64,000 nucleotides of DNA from Bacteroidota bacterium (GTDB lineage Bacteria; Bacteroidota; Bacteroidia; Chitinophagales; BACL12), in contig JADKEK010000010.1 in assembly GCA_016718035.1 (NCBI GenBank), positions 120,289-184,288 on the forward strand, read 5' to 3'. A program made the position numbers and the translations under genes. The notes below the pieces were generated by a model. The model saw only the letters and a program-made list of their open reading frames with translations. It was not told where the DNA came from and ran no database searches. This document shows, in pieces, positions 28,046 through 37,093 of this stretch (position 1 is the stretch's first letter; every line of letters starts with the position of its first letter).

Positions 28046-28738
28046 TTATTTAGCAGGAGGTTCAGTGCCTGCTGCTTCAGCAGAAACCGGCCCTTCGAGC
28101 GATGTGATTAAATTAAATGTATGAATGTTGACAGGTTCTTCAGTCAGAATTTTGATTACTTCCTGCACAGCTTGAACATTCGTGGTTTTATCGCCTTTAA
28201 TGGCAACCCTGATGTCTTCGCGGTCAGTAGCCCCTGATTCTTGTTTGTCTAAACGGTCGGCCCAACGTGCGGATTGTATCCAGTCGCGCAATTGGTTGTT
28301 GGCCGAATCGATAGGCACACCTGAAAAATCTTTCAACGACCCCAAATCGGCAGCAGGAATATTCAATATTTCAGGCAATTGGCTAATATCATAACCATAA
28401 ACCGGTAAATTGATAAAGTTGGCGATTTGTTGATCGGTTAATTTTTCAAGAGCAGGGTAGGTTTTACTATAGCGTTGTTTAAGATTTTGAAGCGTAGCTA
28501 CTTTTACTTTCGGATTTTCTACCGAAAAGTAAATCATACCTTCTTTATCTACAGTAATAACCATCATATTATCCGGAACGGGTATTTCCGACGCGGAGGT
28601 AGGCATATCGATAACGACAGGCGTTGCCGGGCGGAATTTTGCCGTAAGGATGAAGAACGTCAACAGCAGGAACGACACGTCCGTCATGGCGGTCATATCC
28701 ACTATGGTGCTACTGCGTTTTACTTTTATTTTAGGCAT
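28046..28738 (-). CDS. exbD: ExbD/TolR family biopolymer transport protein (long form)
   Basis: VDMTAMTDVSFLLLTFFILTAKF is the ExbD/TolR TM signature. It lies directly downstream of exbB. Confidence 0.85.
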   Translation of the reverse strand: MPKIKVKRSSTIVDMTAMTDVSFLLLTFFILTAKFRPATPVVIDMPTSASEIPVPDNMMVITVDKEGMIYFSVENPKVKVATLQNLKQRYSKTYPALEKLTDQQIANFINLPVYGYDISQLPEILNIPAADLGSLKDFSGVPIDSANNQLRDWIQSARWADRLDKQESGATDREDIRVAIKGDKTTNVQAVQEVIKILTEEPVNIHTFNLITSLEGPVSAEAAGTEPPAK

Positions 28739-28776
28739 CGTTATTTCGTTTTGAAACGTGCACTGAATTTAGTGAA

Positions 28777-29583
28777 TTATTTCTCTGTTGCAGAGAAGGT
28801 TTGTGTGATTGTGAAACCAACTTCGTCAATTCCGTAAGTCAACTTATCGATCATTCCTGTAAAAATGTTATAGAAAATGATGGCGAAAGCTGAAGTTCCG
28901 ATACCGATTGCAGTATTTACAAGTGCTTCTGAGATACCGGCAGATAATGCGGTAGGGTCAGGAGTACCTTCAGTAGCAAGGGCAGAGAACGCACGAATCA
29001 TACCCAATACCGTTCCGAGGAGGGCGATGAGTGTTCCGATAGAGGCGATAGTTGCCAAAATTGGAAGGTGTTTTTCTAAAGCCGGCATTTCTAATGATGT
29101 AGCTTCTTCAACTTCTTTTGAAATGTTTAACACTTTTTGCTCAGTGGTTAACACATTGTCTGCTTTCATTTCTGCGTATTTATGTAAACCTGCGTTTACA
29201 ACATTAGCTACAGAACCTTTCTGACGGTCGCACTCTTTTAATGCAGCGTCAATGTCTTTATTGGTAAGATGGTATTTCACCTTTTGTAAAAAAGCCTGAA
29301 TTGAACCGTTACCTTTTGCTTTGGTGATAGTGAGCATACGTTCAACTGCAAAAACGCAAACCGTAAGGAATAACGCTAATAATACAGGAACGATGAAACC
29401 CCCTTCGTGCACTAATGCAAGGTAGTTGCCCGGTTTTGGGTGACCGTCTTCCGTAAAGTTGGCTTTGTCACCTGCTACGAAGACATAAAATAAAATACCT
29501 ATCACAAGATTAATTGCGATAACCAAGATTCCAAGACTGTTTACAGTGGTCTTTTTTGTTGTTTTTGCTGCTGATTGAGCCAT
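28777..29583 (-). CDS. exbB: MotA/TolQ/ExbB proton-channel protein
   Basis: Three TM helices and the conserved C-terminal core LATIASIGTLIALLGTVLGMIRAFSALA...PTALSAGISEALVNTAIGI. Confidence 0.9.
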   Translation of the reverse strand: MAQSAAKTTKKTTVNSLGILVIAINLVIGILFYVFVAGDKANFTEDGHPKPGNYLALVHEGGFIVPVLLALFLTVCVFAVERMLTITKAKGNGSIQAFLQKVKYHLTNKDIDAALKECDRQKGSVANVVNAGLHKYAEMKADNVLTTEQKVLNISKEVEEATSLEMPALEKHLPILATIASIGTLIALLGTVLGMIRAFSALATEGTPDPTALSAGISEALVNTAIGIGTSAFAIIFYNIFTGMIDKLTYGIDEVGFTITQTFSATEK

Positions 29584-29634
29584 AAGGTTAATTTTAATTT
29601 CCTTTTAATAAATGTTATAGTGGGCAAATATAGA

Positions 29635-29642
29635 TTAATTTT
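29635..29642 (-). promoter_or_regulatory. Candidate -7 promoter box for the exbB-exbD-exbD-tonB cluster
   Basis: The reverse complement reads TATATTTG (TAnnTTTG), 51 nt upstream of the exbB start codon. Confidence 0.35.
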
Positions 29643-29834
29643 TAAAAAAAGCGTTTTGCAATTAACGTTTTTAAAATTTCACTTTATTATTTTTATGTTA
29701 ACCGCAAAGTCGCCAAATTGTTGTATTGCCGCAATTTAAGTATAAACTCATGCCCCAATTGCTTTGGTATATTGGCCTGGCTGTTTTACACAAATTTGAC
29801 AATAACCCATTGAAAATCAAGCCTCACGGCCGGT

Positions 29835-29864
29835 TTTGTCGAACAGTGGGCTCAATTTGTCGAA
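29835..29864 (+). promoter_or_regulatory. Perfect 9-bp direct repeat with a 12-bp spacer, a candidate LytTR-regulator binding site
   Basis: TTTGTCGAA (29835-29843), cagtgggctcaa, TTTGTCGAA (29856-29864). The 21-bp periodicity ends 40 nt upstream of the kinase start codon at 29905. Confidence 0.45.
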
Positions 29865-29904
29865 AAAAGAAACGGCCTTGCCATAAACTTTACAACTTTG
29901 CACT

Positions 29905-30981
29905 ATGAGCATAGGTTTAACAAAAGTGAATAAAATGTTCAAATCGCCTTCATGGCGTATTTTCTTACATGTGGCATTCTGGCTGTTTTACCTGTCGTTG
30001 CCTTTTTATGCGTATTTGGAGGCTAGTCCTTCGAAATATGCCTATCTCATACTCATTTTGGTCAATTTGGCTTATTTACCCTTTTATTATACCCTGGCTT
30101 ATGTGATCATTCCCCGGTATTTTAACAAACGCAAATGGCTGTACTTTGTGGTATATACCCTTGCCAGTTATATTTTGTTTGTATGGGTGTGCAAGGGGAT
30201 TGAAATGGCCTTTTTCGACAGGTTAATTTATGAAAAGGAGATTACCGATTTCAAAAAAGAAATTGACAGTCCGCTGTTAGATGGTTTTGAGCTGCTGAGA
30301 ATGGTATTTGTTACCATTATTCCATTAAGTATCATGCTTATGCGCCAATTTATGCGCGTGTATGTGGAGCGAACAGAATTAATAAAAACCAATACTGAGT
30401 TGGAATTAAATTTTCTCAAATCGCAAATCAACCCGCATTTTTTGTTTAATACCTTAAATAATATTTATTCTTTATCGCTGCAAAAATCGGATAAGTCGCC
30501 GGAAATGATTTTAAAGTTGAGCGATTTAATGCGGTATATGTTATATGATTGTAATGTGCAGCGCGTTGACCTGGAAAGAGAAGTGCAATTTTTACAAGAT
30601 TATATCGACCTGGAAAAAATTCGTCACGGCGATAAGGCTACAATCAATTTTACGGTTACCGGTGTAACGCACGAAAAAAAGGTGCCGCCTTTATTATTAA
30701 TCCCGTTTGTAGAAAATGCATTTAAACACGGCATAAATGCGCAATTGGGAAATGCATGGGTGCGTATTGATTTGCGGTTGGATGACCACCAACATGATTT
30801 TATTTTTATAATTGAAAATAATAAACCCTCGAGCGAAGAAAAACTCAATCACAAAAACGGTGGGATAGGTATTTTGAATGCGCAAAAAAGATTACACATG
30901 TTATATCCTGAAGCACATACTTTATTTATCCGTGAAAATGAATCAACTTATATCATTGAACTACGAATACCTAAATTATGA
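29905..30981 (+). CDS. Sensor histidine kinase, LytS/YehU-type (His_kinase domain), multi-TM N-terminus
   Basis: Five or six N-terminal TM helices, then LELNFLKSQINPHFLFNTLNNIYSL and LLLIPFVENAFKHG...GGIGILNAQKRL, typical of LytS-family kinases. It overlaps the regulator gene by 4 nt. Confidence 0.85.
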   Translation: MSIGLTKVNKMFKSPSWRIFLHVAFWLFYLSLPFYAYLEASPSKYAYLILILVNLAYLPFYYTLAYVIIPRYFNKRKWLYFVVYTLASYILFVWVCKGIEMAFFDRLIYEKEITDFKKEIDSPLLDGFELLRMVFVTIIPLSIMLMRQFMRVYVERTELIKTNTELELNFLKSQINPHFLFNTLNNIYSLSLQKSDKSPEMILKLSDLMRYMLYDCNVQRVDLEREVQFLQDYIDLEKIRHGDKATINFTVTGVTHEKKVPPLLLIPFVENAFKHGINAQLGNAWVRIDLRLDDHQHDFIFIIENNKPSSEEKLNHKNGGIGILNAQKRLHMLYPEAHTLFIRENESTYIIELRIPKL

Positions 30982-31721
30982 GTCAAAAAATAAACTGCCT
31001 GATTGTTGATGATGAACCTTTGGCACAACAGGTAATAGAAACATATATTCAAAAAATGCCGTCGCTGGTGTTGGTGGGCAAATGTGATAATGCGATGGAA
31101 GCGTATGAAGTATTACACAACGAAAAAATTGATGTCATGTTTTTAGATATTCAGATGCCGGTAATTACAGGTGTTGAATTTTTGCGAACATTACAAAATC
31201 CACCGGCGGTAATTTTTACTACTGCTTATCCTGATTTTGCTATGGAAGGGTATGATTTAAATATTACCGATTATTTATTAAAACCCGTTTCTTTTGAACG
31301 ATTTTTAAAGGCGGTGAACAAAGCAACCGAACATATTGCATTGCAACAACAATCGGCACAGGAAAATGATGCAACGGCAACCGACTATTTTTTTGTGAAA
31401 GAAGACAGTAAGTTGGTGAAAATCAATTTTTCGGATATTGACCATATTGAATGTATGAAAGATTACGCAAAAATTTTCACCAAACAACGTATGATAGTTA
31501 CACATCACACCATGAAACGATTTGAGGAAGTTTTACCGCCACTACAATTTGTCCGCATCCATCGAAGCTATATCGTAAACATCCCTTCCATTCAATCCAT
31601 TTTTGGCAATATAGTTGAAACACCTAAAGGTAAATTACCCATTGGTGCAAATTATAAAGATGAATTAATGAAAGTGGTTTCGGGGGGGGGTGAGTTAAAT
31701 GAAGCTAAATTTATATGTTGA
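30978..31721 (+). CDS. LytTR-family two-component response regulator
   Basis: Receiver domain (INCLIVDDEPLAQQ...DVMFLDIQMP...LLKP) plus C-terminal LytTR DNA-binding domain (FVRIHRSYIVNIPSIQSI). Confidence 0.9.
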   Translation: MSQKINCLIVDDEPLAQQVIETYIQKMPSLVLVGKCDNAMEAYEVLHNEKIDVMFLDIQMPVITGVEFLRTLQNPPAVIFTTAYPDFAMEGYDLNITDYLLKPVSFERFLKAVNKATEHIALQQQSAQENDATATDYFFVKEDSKLVKINFSDIDHIECMKDYAKIFTKQRMIVTHHTMKRFEEVLPPLQFVRIHRSYIVNIPSIQSIFGNIVETPKGKLPIGANYKDELMKVVSGGGELNEAKFIC

Positions 31722-31989
31722 ACAAAATAGATTTATTTAAATTAATTTTAAAGACATGCAATTGATGACAAATTAAATTGAAATGCTAAAATCCATTTTT
31801 AAATATTTCCCAAAACAACCGATACACTAAGGCCAAAATGTATTGGCAAAGTTTGCTTTATCTTTTTGCCTGCGTGCTGTTATGGGAGGCGATGGTTGAC
31901 GTAAACCGGAGGAAGGGCAAAAAATGAATTTTCCCCCAAATAATTTGCACAGCCATTTTATTTTTACTCTATTTGTCCAAAAAACAGAC

Positions 31990-32457
31990 ATGAAGCGACT
32001 ACTACTATTATTGATTTTAGCTTGTACCCTGCAAATTGGTAAGGCTCAGGTAAATGACCATGCCATTGGTGTTAGGGGTGGTTTTGGAGGTGGGATAACC
32101 TACCAACATGGATTGAGTGATATTAACAGGGCTGAGATTATTGGCGGGTTTGGAGTAAACAACGATGCGCTTAGTTTGAGGGCAGCGCTGGCGTACCAAT
32201 GGGTGTTTGATATTGGGGTTGGTTTAAACGTTTACGCGGGCCCCTCGGCAACGGTTGGGGCGCAGTTTTTTGATACGCCTGTTGGCAACGCGGAAGATGG
32301 ATTATTTATGTTATTAGGTGGCCAGTTGGGTATTGATTATAATTTCCAGGAATTTCCGGTTATGCTTTCTATAGATATTATGCCACAGGTGGGTGTATTA
32401 AACAGCAATCAGGATTTTTATATTGACCCTGCTTTTGCCATCAGATATGTATTTTAA
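31990..32457 (+). CDS. Small outer-membrane beta-barrel-like protein
   Basis: The likely start is MKRLLLLLILACTLQIGKAQ at 31990. It has a Gly-rich alternating pattern and a terminal aromatic residue (AIRYVF). Confidence 0.5.
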   Translation: MKRLLLLLILACTLQIGKAQVNDHAIGVRGGFGGGITYQHGLSDINRAEIIGGFGVNNDALSLRAALAYQWVFDIGVGLNVYAGPSATVGAQFFDTPVGNAEDGLFMLLGGQLGIDYNFQEFPVMLSIDIMPQVGVLNSNQDFYIDPAFAIRYVF

Positions 32458-32479
32458 TTAATAGTAAAAATATTATAGA

Positions 32480-32514
32480 AGGTGAATGATAGCAATATGG
32501 TTCACCTTTTTTTT
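32480..32514. terminator. Bidirectional rho-independent terminator
   Basis: aggtgaa-tgatagcaatatgg-ttcacct followed by tttttttt, between convergent genes; it overlaps the hemJ stop. Confidence 0.6.
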
Positions 32515-33049
32515 ATGCTTCGCGTTTGCGTTTGTAAATTTTTACGGCAATCATCATAATTACTGCCAGCAACAATAATCCGAGAAGACCGTACAACATG
32601 TTTGCCGTATTTTTTAATTCGATTAGAAATACAATGGCAACCAGAAAAATAGTGGCTAACTCGTTAAATAATCGCAATTGTTGTGAGCTGAGTTTTGATG
32701 TTTGTTTGCTTAAACGTTTTTGAATGCGCAGACAACTAAAGTGATAAGCGATGATGCATACGATAAAAAATAATTTCATGTGCATCCAACCTTCTTGCAA
32801 AAACTGCTGATTAAAATACAATAAACTACTGCCGGTTATTACTACTAAAATCATGGACGGTGTGCCAATAATAGACATGAGGCGGCGTTCCATAATGATG
32901 AATTGTGTTGCGAGTATCGATTTGTCGGGTTCGTTGCGCTGCAAAGCTTCGGTGTGATAAATATATAAGCGCACAATATAAAATAACGCTGCAAACCAGG
33001 TTACAATAAAAATAATATGTGCTGCAACAAAATAACTGTAATAAGCCAT
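32513..33049 (-). CDS. hemJ: Protoporphyrinogen IX oxidase HemJ (CopD/UPF0093 family membrane protein)
   Basis: YFVAAHIIFIVTWFAALFYIVRLYIYHTEA is the typical HemJ N-terminus. The protein is ~178 aa with four to five TM helices. Confidence 0.75.
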   Translation of the reverse strand: MAYYSYFVAAHIIFIVTWFAALFYIVRLYIYHTEALQRNEPDKSILATQFIIMERRLMSIIGTPSMILVVITGSSLLYFNQQFLQEGWMHMKLFFIVCIIAYHFSCLRIQKRLSKQTSKLSSQQLRLFNELATIFLVAIVFLIELKNTANMLYGLLGLLLLAVIMMIAVKIYKRKREA

Positions 33050-33066
33050 GCCTTTGGATTGAGTAA

Positions 33067-34749
33067 TTACCTTACGAGTACAAAATTACCTTGTTTCACT
33101 AAATTTTTTTCATTTAATGCAGCAGTCACTCTGTAGGTAAATACGCCAATTGGTTGTAATTCATTTTCATATTTGCCATCCCAACCTTTTTCTAATTTAT
33201 TGGTTTCGAAAACAAGCTCTCCCCAACGATTAAAAATTTCGATATGATAATTTTTTATGCTGCCGGAATAAATGGCTTCGAAATAATCGTTAAAGTGGTC
33301 GCCATTTGGAGAAAATGCAGTTGGAAAATCGAGATGATCGCCACATCCGTTGAGTACTTTTAATTCGTCGGAAGTGGAACAGCCATTTTCGTCGGTGACA
33401 GTCAGAGTAAAGGTGCCGGCTTCGGTTGTTGTAAACTGAGGTGTTGTAAATCCATTGCTCCATGTATACGAGTCGTAACCGGAAGGGGCAGTAATTTCTG
33501 TTGCACCACAAATGGTAATTGCACTGCCGAGTTCTAATGTTGGATTTGCATTTTCGGTAATTTTAATGGTATCGGTAAAATTACATTCGCCTAAACTAAC
33601 GGTAACCCAATAGGTGCCTGCAGCATCAAAAAAATAGGATGATTCAATACTACCATCGAACCACTCGTAAGTAGAACCTTCCTGTGCGACATCAATAGTA
33701 ACACTTTCGCCTTCACAAAATGCTTCTTCAATAATTACAGATTCACCGGGGTCAACAACGGTAACTTCCAGATATCCGGTATCGTAATAACAGTTATAGC
33801 TGATATTACATTGCAGGGTATAAGTGCCGGGACCGGGCCAGTCGGTAACGGTCATGGTTGTAAGGTCGTCGCCGGTGTAAACAATACCTGCGGGTAATTC
33901 CCAATCGATATCAGCAGCGGGTAAAGTGTTGATGGTATAATCGTTTTCGGAACCTATACAAATGGTGGTAGGGCCGGTAATGGAAATGGCTTCAACATCG
34001 AGATTGCGGACACATAAGTCGTCGATAGTAGCTGTTAATTTGCGTTGATAGGCTCCGCCGGGAAGGTTGCCGATTTGCACAGTATTCAATCCGTCGATGG
34101 TTGTAGGCACTGTAAAACAGTCGATTTGCCCGTACATAATTTCGTGCTCTTCATCTTCAAAAACATCAAGATGCATGTAGTTGTATGCTACGCGAATGAG
34201 TTGGATATAATATGTATCGTTATAAGGGGCTGAGAGCAATTCCGATTGGGTTACCACTCCGTTGTCGTTGGCATATAACGTAAAACCAATATTGTCGGGA
34301 GCGGCCGCAAAATCGCTGGTCCAGGCCAGCATAATGGCGTCGGTATTCGAGTTTTCGCAAATGGAGTAGGTGTCCGAATATGGGTTAAGGGTACCTTCCG
34401 AAAGCGATAAAACGAGATGGCCTGTTCTTCCTGAAGCGCCTCCCTGAACTGGGGTAAATGCCATGGAAGCTGTCCAGAAGTCGTTGTTTAATTCGGCTCC
34501 CAGCTCGTGATAAAACCGGGTGTCATTTGCATCGATAGTGGCATCATAGTTGAGCGTGCCATCTGCAATAGTTAAGTCGCCGGTTTGATTATTCGATGTG
34601 CAAGCTCCTGTTACCGGGTAATACCAATAAAAGTATTCCCATGCCGATTCATCAGCAAAATCGTCAGCAAACAAACAAGCTTGTCCAAATAGTTGTGGTG
34701 TGTGCAATAGGGGAAACACCAGTAGGGTGAAAATAAAGGGTTTCCGCAT
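33067..34749 (-). CDS. Secreted protein with T9SS type B (gliding-motility-associated, CHU_C-like) C-terminal sorting domain
   Basis: Signal peptide. Ig-like repeats. The C-terminal FPTAFSPNGDHFNDYFEAIYSG..YHIEIFNRWGELVFE...GWDGKYENELQPIGVFTYRV is the type B sorting-domain signature. Confidence 0.85.
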   Translation of the reverse strand: MRKPFIFTLLVFPLLHTPQLFGQACLFADDFADESAWEYFYWYYPVTGACTSNNQTGDLTIADGTLNYDATIDANDTRFYHELGAELNNDFWTASMAFTPVQGGASGRTGHLVLSLSEGTLNPYSDTYSICENSNTDAIMLAWTSDFAAAPDNIGFTLYANDNGVVTQSELLSAPYNDTYYIQLIRVAYNYMHLDVFEDEEHEIMYGQIDCFTVPTTIDGLNTVQIGNLPGGAYQRKLTATIDDLCVRNLDVEAISITGPTTICIGSENDYTINTLPAADIDWELPAGIVYTGDDLTTMTVTDWPGPGTYTLQCNISYNCYYDTGYLEVTVVDPGESVIIEEAFCEGESVTIDVAQEGSTYEWFDGSIESSYFFDAAGTYWVTVSLGECNFTDTIKITENANPTLELGSAITICGATEITAPSGYDSYTWSNGFTTPQFTTTEAGTFTLTVTDENGCSTSDELKVLNGCGDHLDFPTAFSPNGDHFNDYFEAIYSGSIKNYHIEIFNRWGELVFETNKLEKGWDGKYENELQPIGVFTYRVTAALNEKNLVKQGNFVLVR

Positions 34750-34754
34750 GTGGG

Positions 34755-34762
34755 CAAATTTA
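34755..34762 (-). promoter_or_regulatory. Candidate -7 promoter box for the type B cargo gene, with leaderless-type spacing
   Basis: The reverse complement reads TAAATTTG. Only 5 nt separate the box from the start codon at 34749. Confidence 0.35.
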
Positions 34763-34785
34763 GTGATTTTGTATGAAAGGGATAT

Positions 34786-34793
34786 TAATTTTG
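34786..34793 (+). promoter_or_regulatory. Candidate -7 promoter box for purK, with leaderless-type spacing
   Basis: TAATTTTG is followed by catc and then the ATG at 34798. Confidence 0.35.
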
Positions 34794-34797
34794 CATC

Positions 34798-35952
34798 ATG
34801 AAAGCGATAGCATCGGGCGATTTAACTTTAGGTATTTTAGGTGGTGGACAATTAGGAAAAATGTTGATTGAAGCTGCCAGCAACTGGAATATTCAGTGTC
34901 ATGTGCTTGACCCCGATGCCGAATGCAGTTGTGCGCATATGGCACATACTTTTGTGCAGGGTAGTTTTAAAGATTATGATACGGTTTACAATTTTGGCAA
35001 AAACCTGCAAAAAATTACCATTGAAATAGAACATGTGAATGTTGAAGCATTAATTCAATTGGAAAAGGAAGGAAAAACGATTTATCCGAAACCGGCTGTT
35101 TTGCAAATTATTCAGGATAAGGGGAAACAAAAATCGTTTTATGCTACAAATGATTTACCAACTGCTCCATTTACCTTATTGTCGAATCTACAAGAAGTGC
35201 TTGCAGGAATTCAAAACGGAACAATTACTTATCCGTTTGTCCAAAAATCTTGCACTGCCGGATATGATGGAAAAGGTGTTGCGGTAATTCGTAATGCAAA
35301 CGATTTGCCTAAATTATTGGAAGGTGCATGTGTAATTGAGCAGTTAATTGATTTTGAAAAAGAATTAGCCGTAATTGTGGCGAGAGATGTTGATGGAAAA
35401 ACAACATGTTTTCCTGCTGTTGAAATGGAATTTCATCCGGTTGCAAATTTGGTAGAATTTTTATTGGCACCGGCAATTATTTCCGAACAAGCTGCAGCTA
35501 AAGCAAAAAAAAATGCGGAGGATTGTATTACGGCATTTGGACTGACAGGAATTTTAGCGGTTGAAATGTTTTTAACCAAATCAGGCGAAATATTAATTAA
35601 CGAAGTAGCACCGCGACCACATAATAGCGGGCATCATACCATAGAAGCCAATTATGTTTCACAATATGAGCAATTACTGCGCACCATTTTTGAAATACCG
35701 ATGGGTGATACTACTCCACGCGACCATGGTGTGATGGTGAATATTTTAGGTGAAGATGGTTATACCGGTGAAGCCTTATATGAAGGATTAAAAGAGTGCC
35801 TCGCAATTCCGGGTGTTTTTGTGCATTTATATGGTAAAAAAATTACGAAACCATTTCGCAAAATGGGTCATGTTACCATTGTTGGAAAAGATGCCAGTGC
35901 GATTAAAGCAACAGCAAAATTGGTAAAGGAGCAATTAAAAGTGATTGCTTAA
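34798..35952 (+). CDS. purK: 5-(carboxyamino)imidazole ribonucleotide synthase (N5-CAIR synthetase)
   Basis: LGILGGGQLGKML at the N-terminus, an ATP-grasp core, and EVAPRPHNSGHHTIEA..SQYEQLLR..., all characteristic of PurK. Confidence 0.9.
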   Translation: MKAIASGDLTLGILGGGQLGKMLIEAASNWNIQCHVLDPDAECSCAHMAHTFVQGSFKDYDTVYNFGKNLQKITIEIEHVNVEALIQLEKEGKTIYPKPAVLQIIQDKGKQKSFYATNDLPTAPFTLLSNLQEVLAGIQNGTITYPFVQKSCTAGYDGKGVAVIRNANDLPKLLEGACVIEQLIDFEKELAVIVARDVDGKTTCFPAVEMEFHPVANLVEFLLAPAIISEQAAAKAKKNAEDCITAFGLTGILAVEMFLTKSGEILINEVAPRPHNSGHHTIEANYVSQYEQLLRTIFEIPMGDTTPRDHGVMVNILGEDGYTGEALYEGLKECLAIPGVFVHLYGKKITKPFRKMGHVTIVGKDASAIKATAKLVKEQLKVIA

Positions 35953-36545
35953 AAAATCTTATTTGTTTTTAGCCAACCTGTAATACTTAGTCGCGGAACA
36001 TTTGTGATGAGTACTTCATGTTCCAGTTCATCACTTTTAAAAAAAACGCATTTGCAATTTTCAGGTGCAATATTGGTTACAGTTGTTGGATAATGAATAC
36101 ATAATTCGCCTCCATCGCTTAATACCCAGTTGGGATTTAAATACGTAATCATGGAAAATGCGCGGTCGCCGTTTTGTTCAAAGCGGTCGAAATGTTTGGT
36201 ATAAAAACTGCCTTCTTCGTATCGGGCAAAATGAAATTCGTATCCTGTTATTCCTGCATAACAAGTGGCATTCAAGTGTAAAACAAAAGCATCGATAATA
36301 TCTAAAAATGCATTTTCACTGGCGTTTTCATGTGTGCGGTCCAACCAAAAAATGGTATCGCCTCTTAATAGTTGGTCGATATGAACAGCGGCCTTATTGC
36401 CGGTTCCGGCCTGCACCATTTTATGTGTATTAAATACATCAACCAAACGTTTATTCAGGCTGAGTGCCAGTTCCTGTGAAATGAAATTTACATCTATGCC
36501 CAACTGATCGTCAACATAGGATTGAATGAGTTTTTCGTAAGGCAT
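35949..36545 (-). CDS. 2OG-Fe(II) oxygenase (prolyl 4-hydroxylase-like)
   Basis: HxD...H facial-triad context (YTKHFDRF ... ELEHEVL) and ...RLSITGW, typical of the P4Hc/2OG-FeII_Oxy_3 family. Confidence 0.65.
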   Translation of the reverse strand: MPYEKLIQSYVDDQLGIDVNFISQELALSLNKRLVDVFNTHKMVQAGTGNKAAVHIDQLLRGDTIFWLDRTHENASENAFLDIIDAFVLHLNATCYAGITGYEFHFARYEEGSFYTKHFDRFEQNGDRAFSMITYLNPNWVLSDGGELCIHYPTTVTNIAPENCKCVFFKSDELEHEVLITNVPRLSITGWLKTNKIF

Positions 36546-36693
36546 AATTTCGATTAAGGCGAAAACGTTACTGGTTGCGGTGAAGGTAAGCCGAATAAAT
36601 GACGTTTCGGGTAATAATTGAACTGAAACCGATAAAGGTTTGTTTGAGTAAACATTATCATGTAGTTTTGAAAAATAATAAATGGTATATCAG

Positions 36694-37044
36694 ATGAAAT
36701 CTATTATAACAATAATTGCAATAATTGCTTTTGGACATGTTGCCACTGCACAAACCGGCAATGTTGCTACGGCAGTAATTGCCTCGAGTATAGTTTGCGA
36801 CCATTGTCTGGAATGTGGCACATGTGGTGGAAGTATTGATGATACATTATTAGGACTAAACGGTGTGAAAAATATAGCTATAGACGTTAAAGCAAATACG
36901 ATAACGGTATATTATAAACCTGAAAAAATTGCTTTGGATGAAATCAAAAAAGCAATTGTTGCTATTGGTTACGATGCCGATGAAATGAAAGCCGACCATC
37001 AGGCTTATGACAAATTAGATGCTTGTTGTAAAGCACCGGAATAG
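36694..37044 (+). CDS. Secreted heavy-metal-associated (HMA)-like domain protein with an atypical four-Cys cluster
   Basis: The likely start is MKSIITIIAIIAFGHVATAQ. It has C-x2-C-x2-C-x2-C (CDHCLECGTC) in place of the usual MxCxxC. The ferredoxin-like remainder is VKNIAIDVKANTITVYYKPEKIALDEIKKAIVAIGYDA. Confidence 0.55.
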   Translation: MKSIITIIAIIAFGHVATAQTGNVATAVIASSIVCDHCLECGTCGGSIDDTLLGLNGVKNIAIDVKANTITVYYKPEKIALDEIKKAIVAIGYDADEMKADHQAYDKLDACCKAPE

Positions 37045-37093
37045 TTAGCCTGTCAAGTAATATTTATTTTCAACTGAAAATTAATGGCTATTG

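Noticed and set aside
29726-29908. A 60-aa ORF immediately upstream of the histidine kinase
   Set aside because: It covers the intergenic promoter and direct-repeat region, has no protein features, and is more simply explained as non-coding regulatory DNA.
31722-31989. The 268-nt leader upstream of the small beta-barrel gene, considered as a possible riboswitch or sRNA
   Set aside because: I could not identify any conserved riboswitch core or convincing stem-loop architecture by eye. It stays unannotated pending an Rfam scan.
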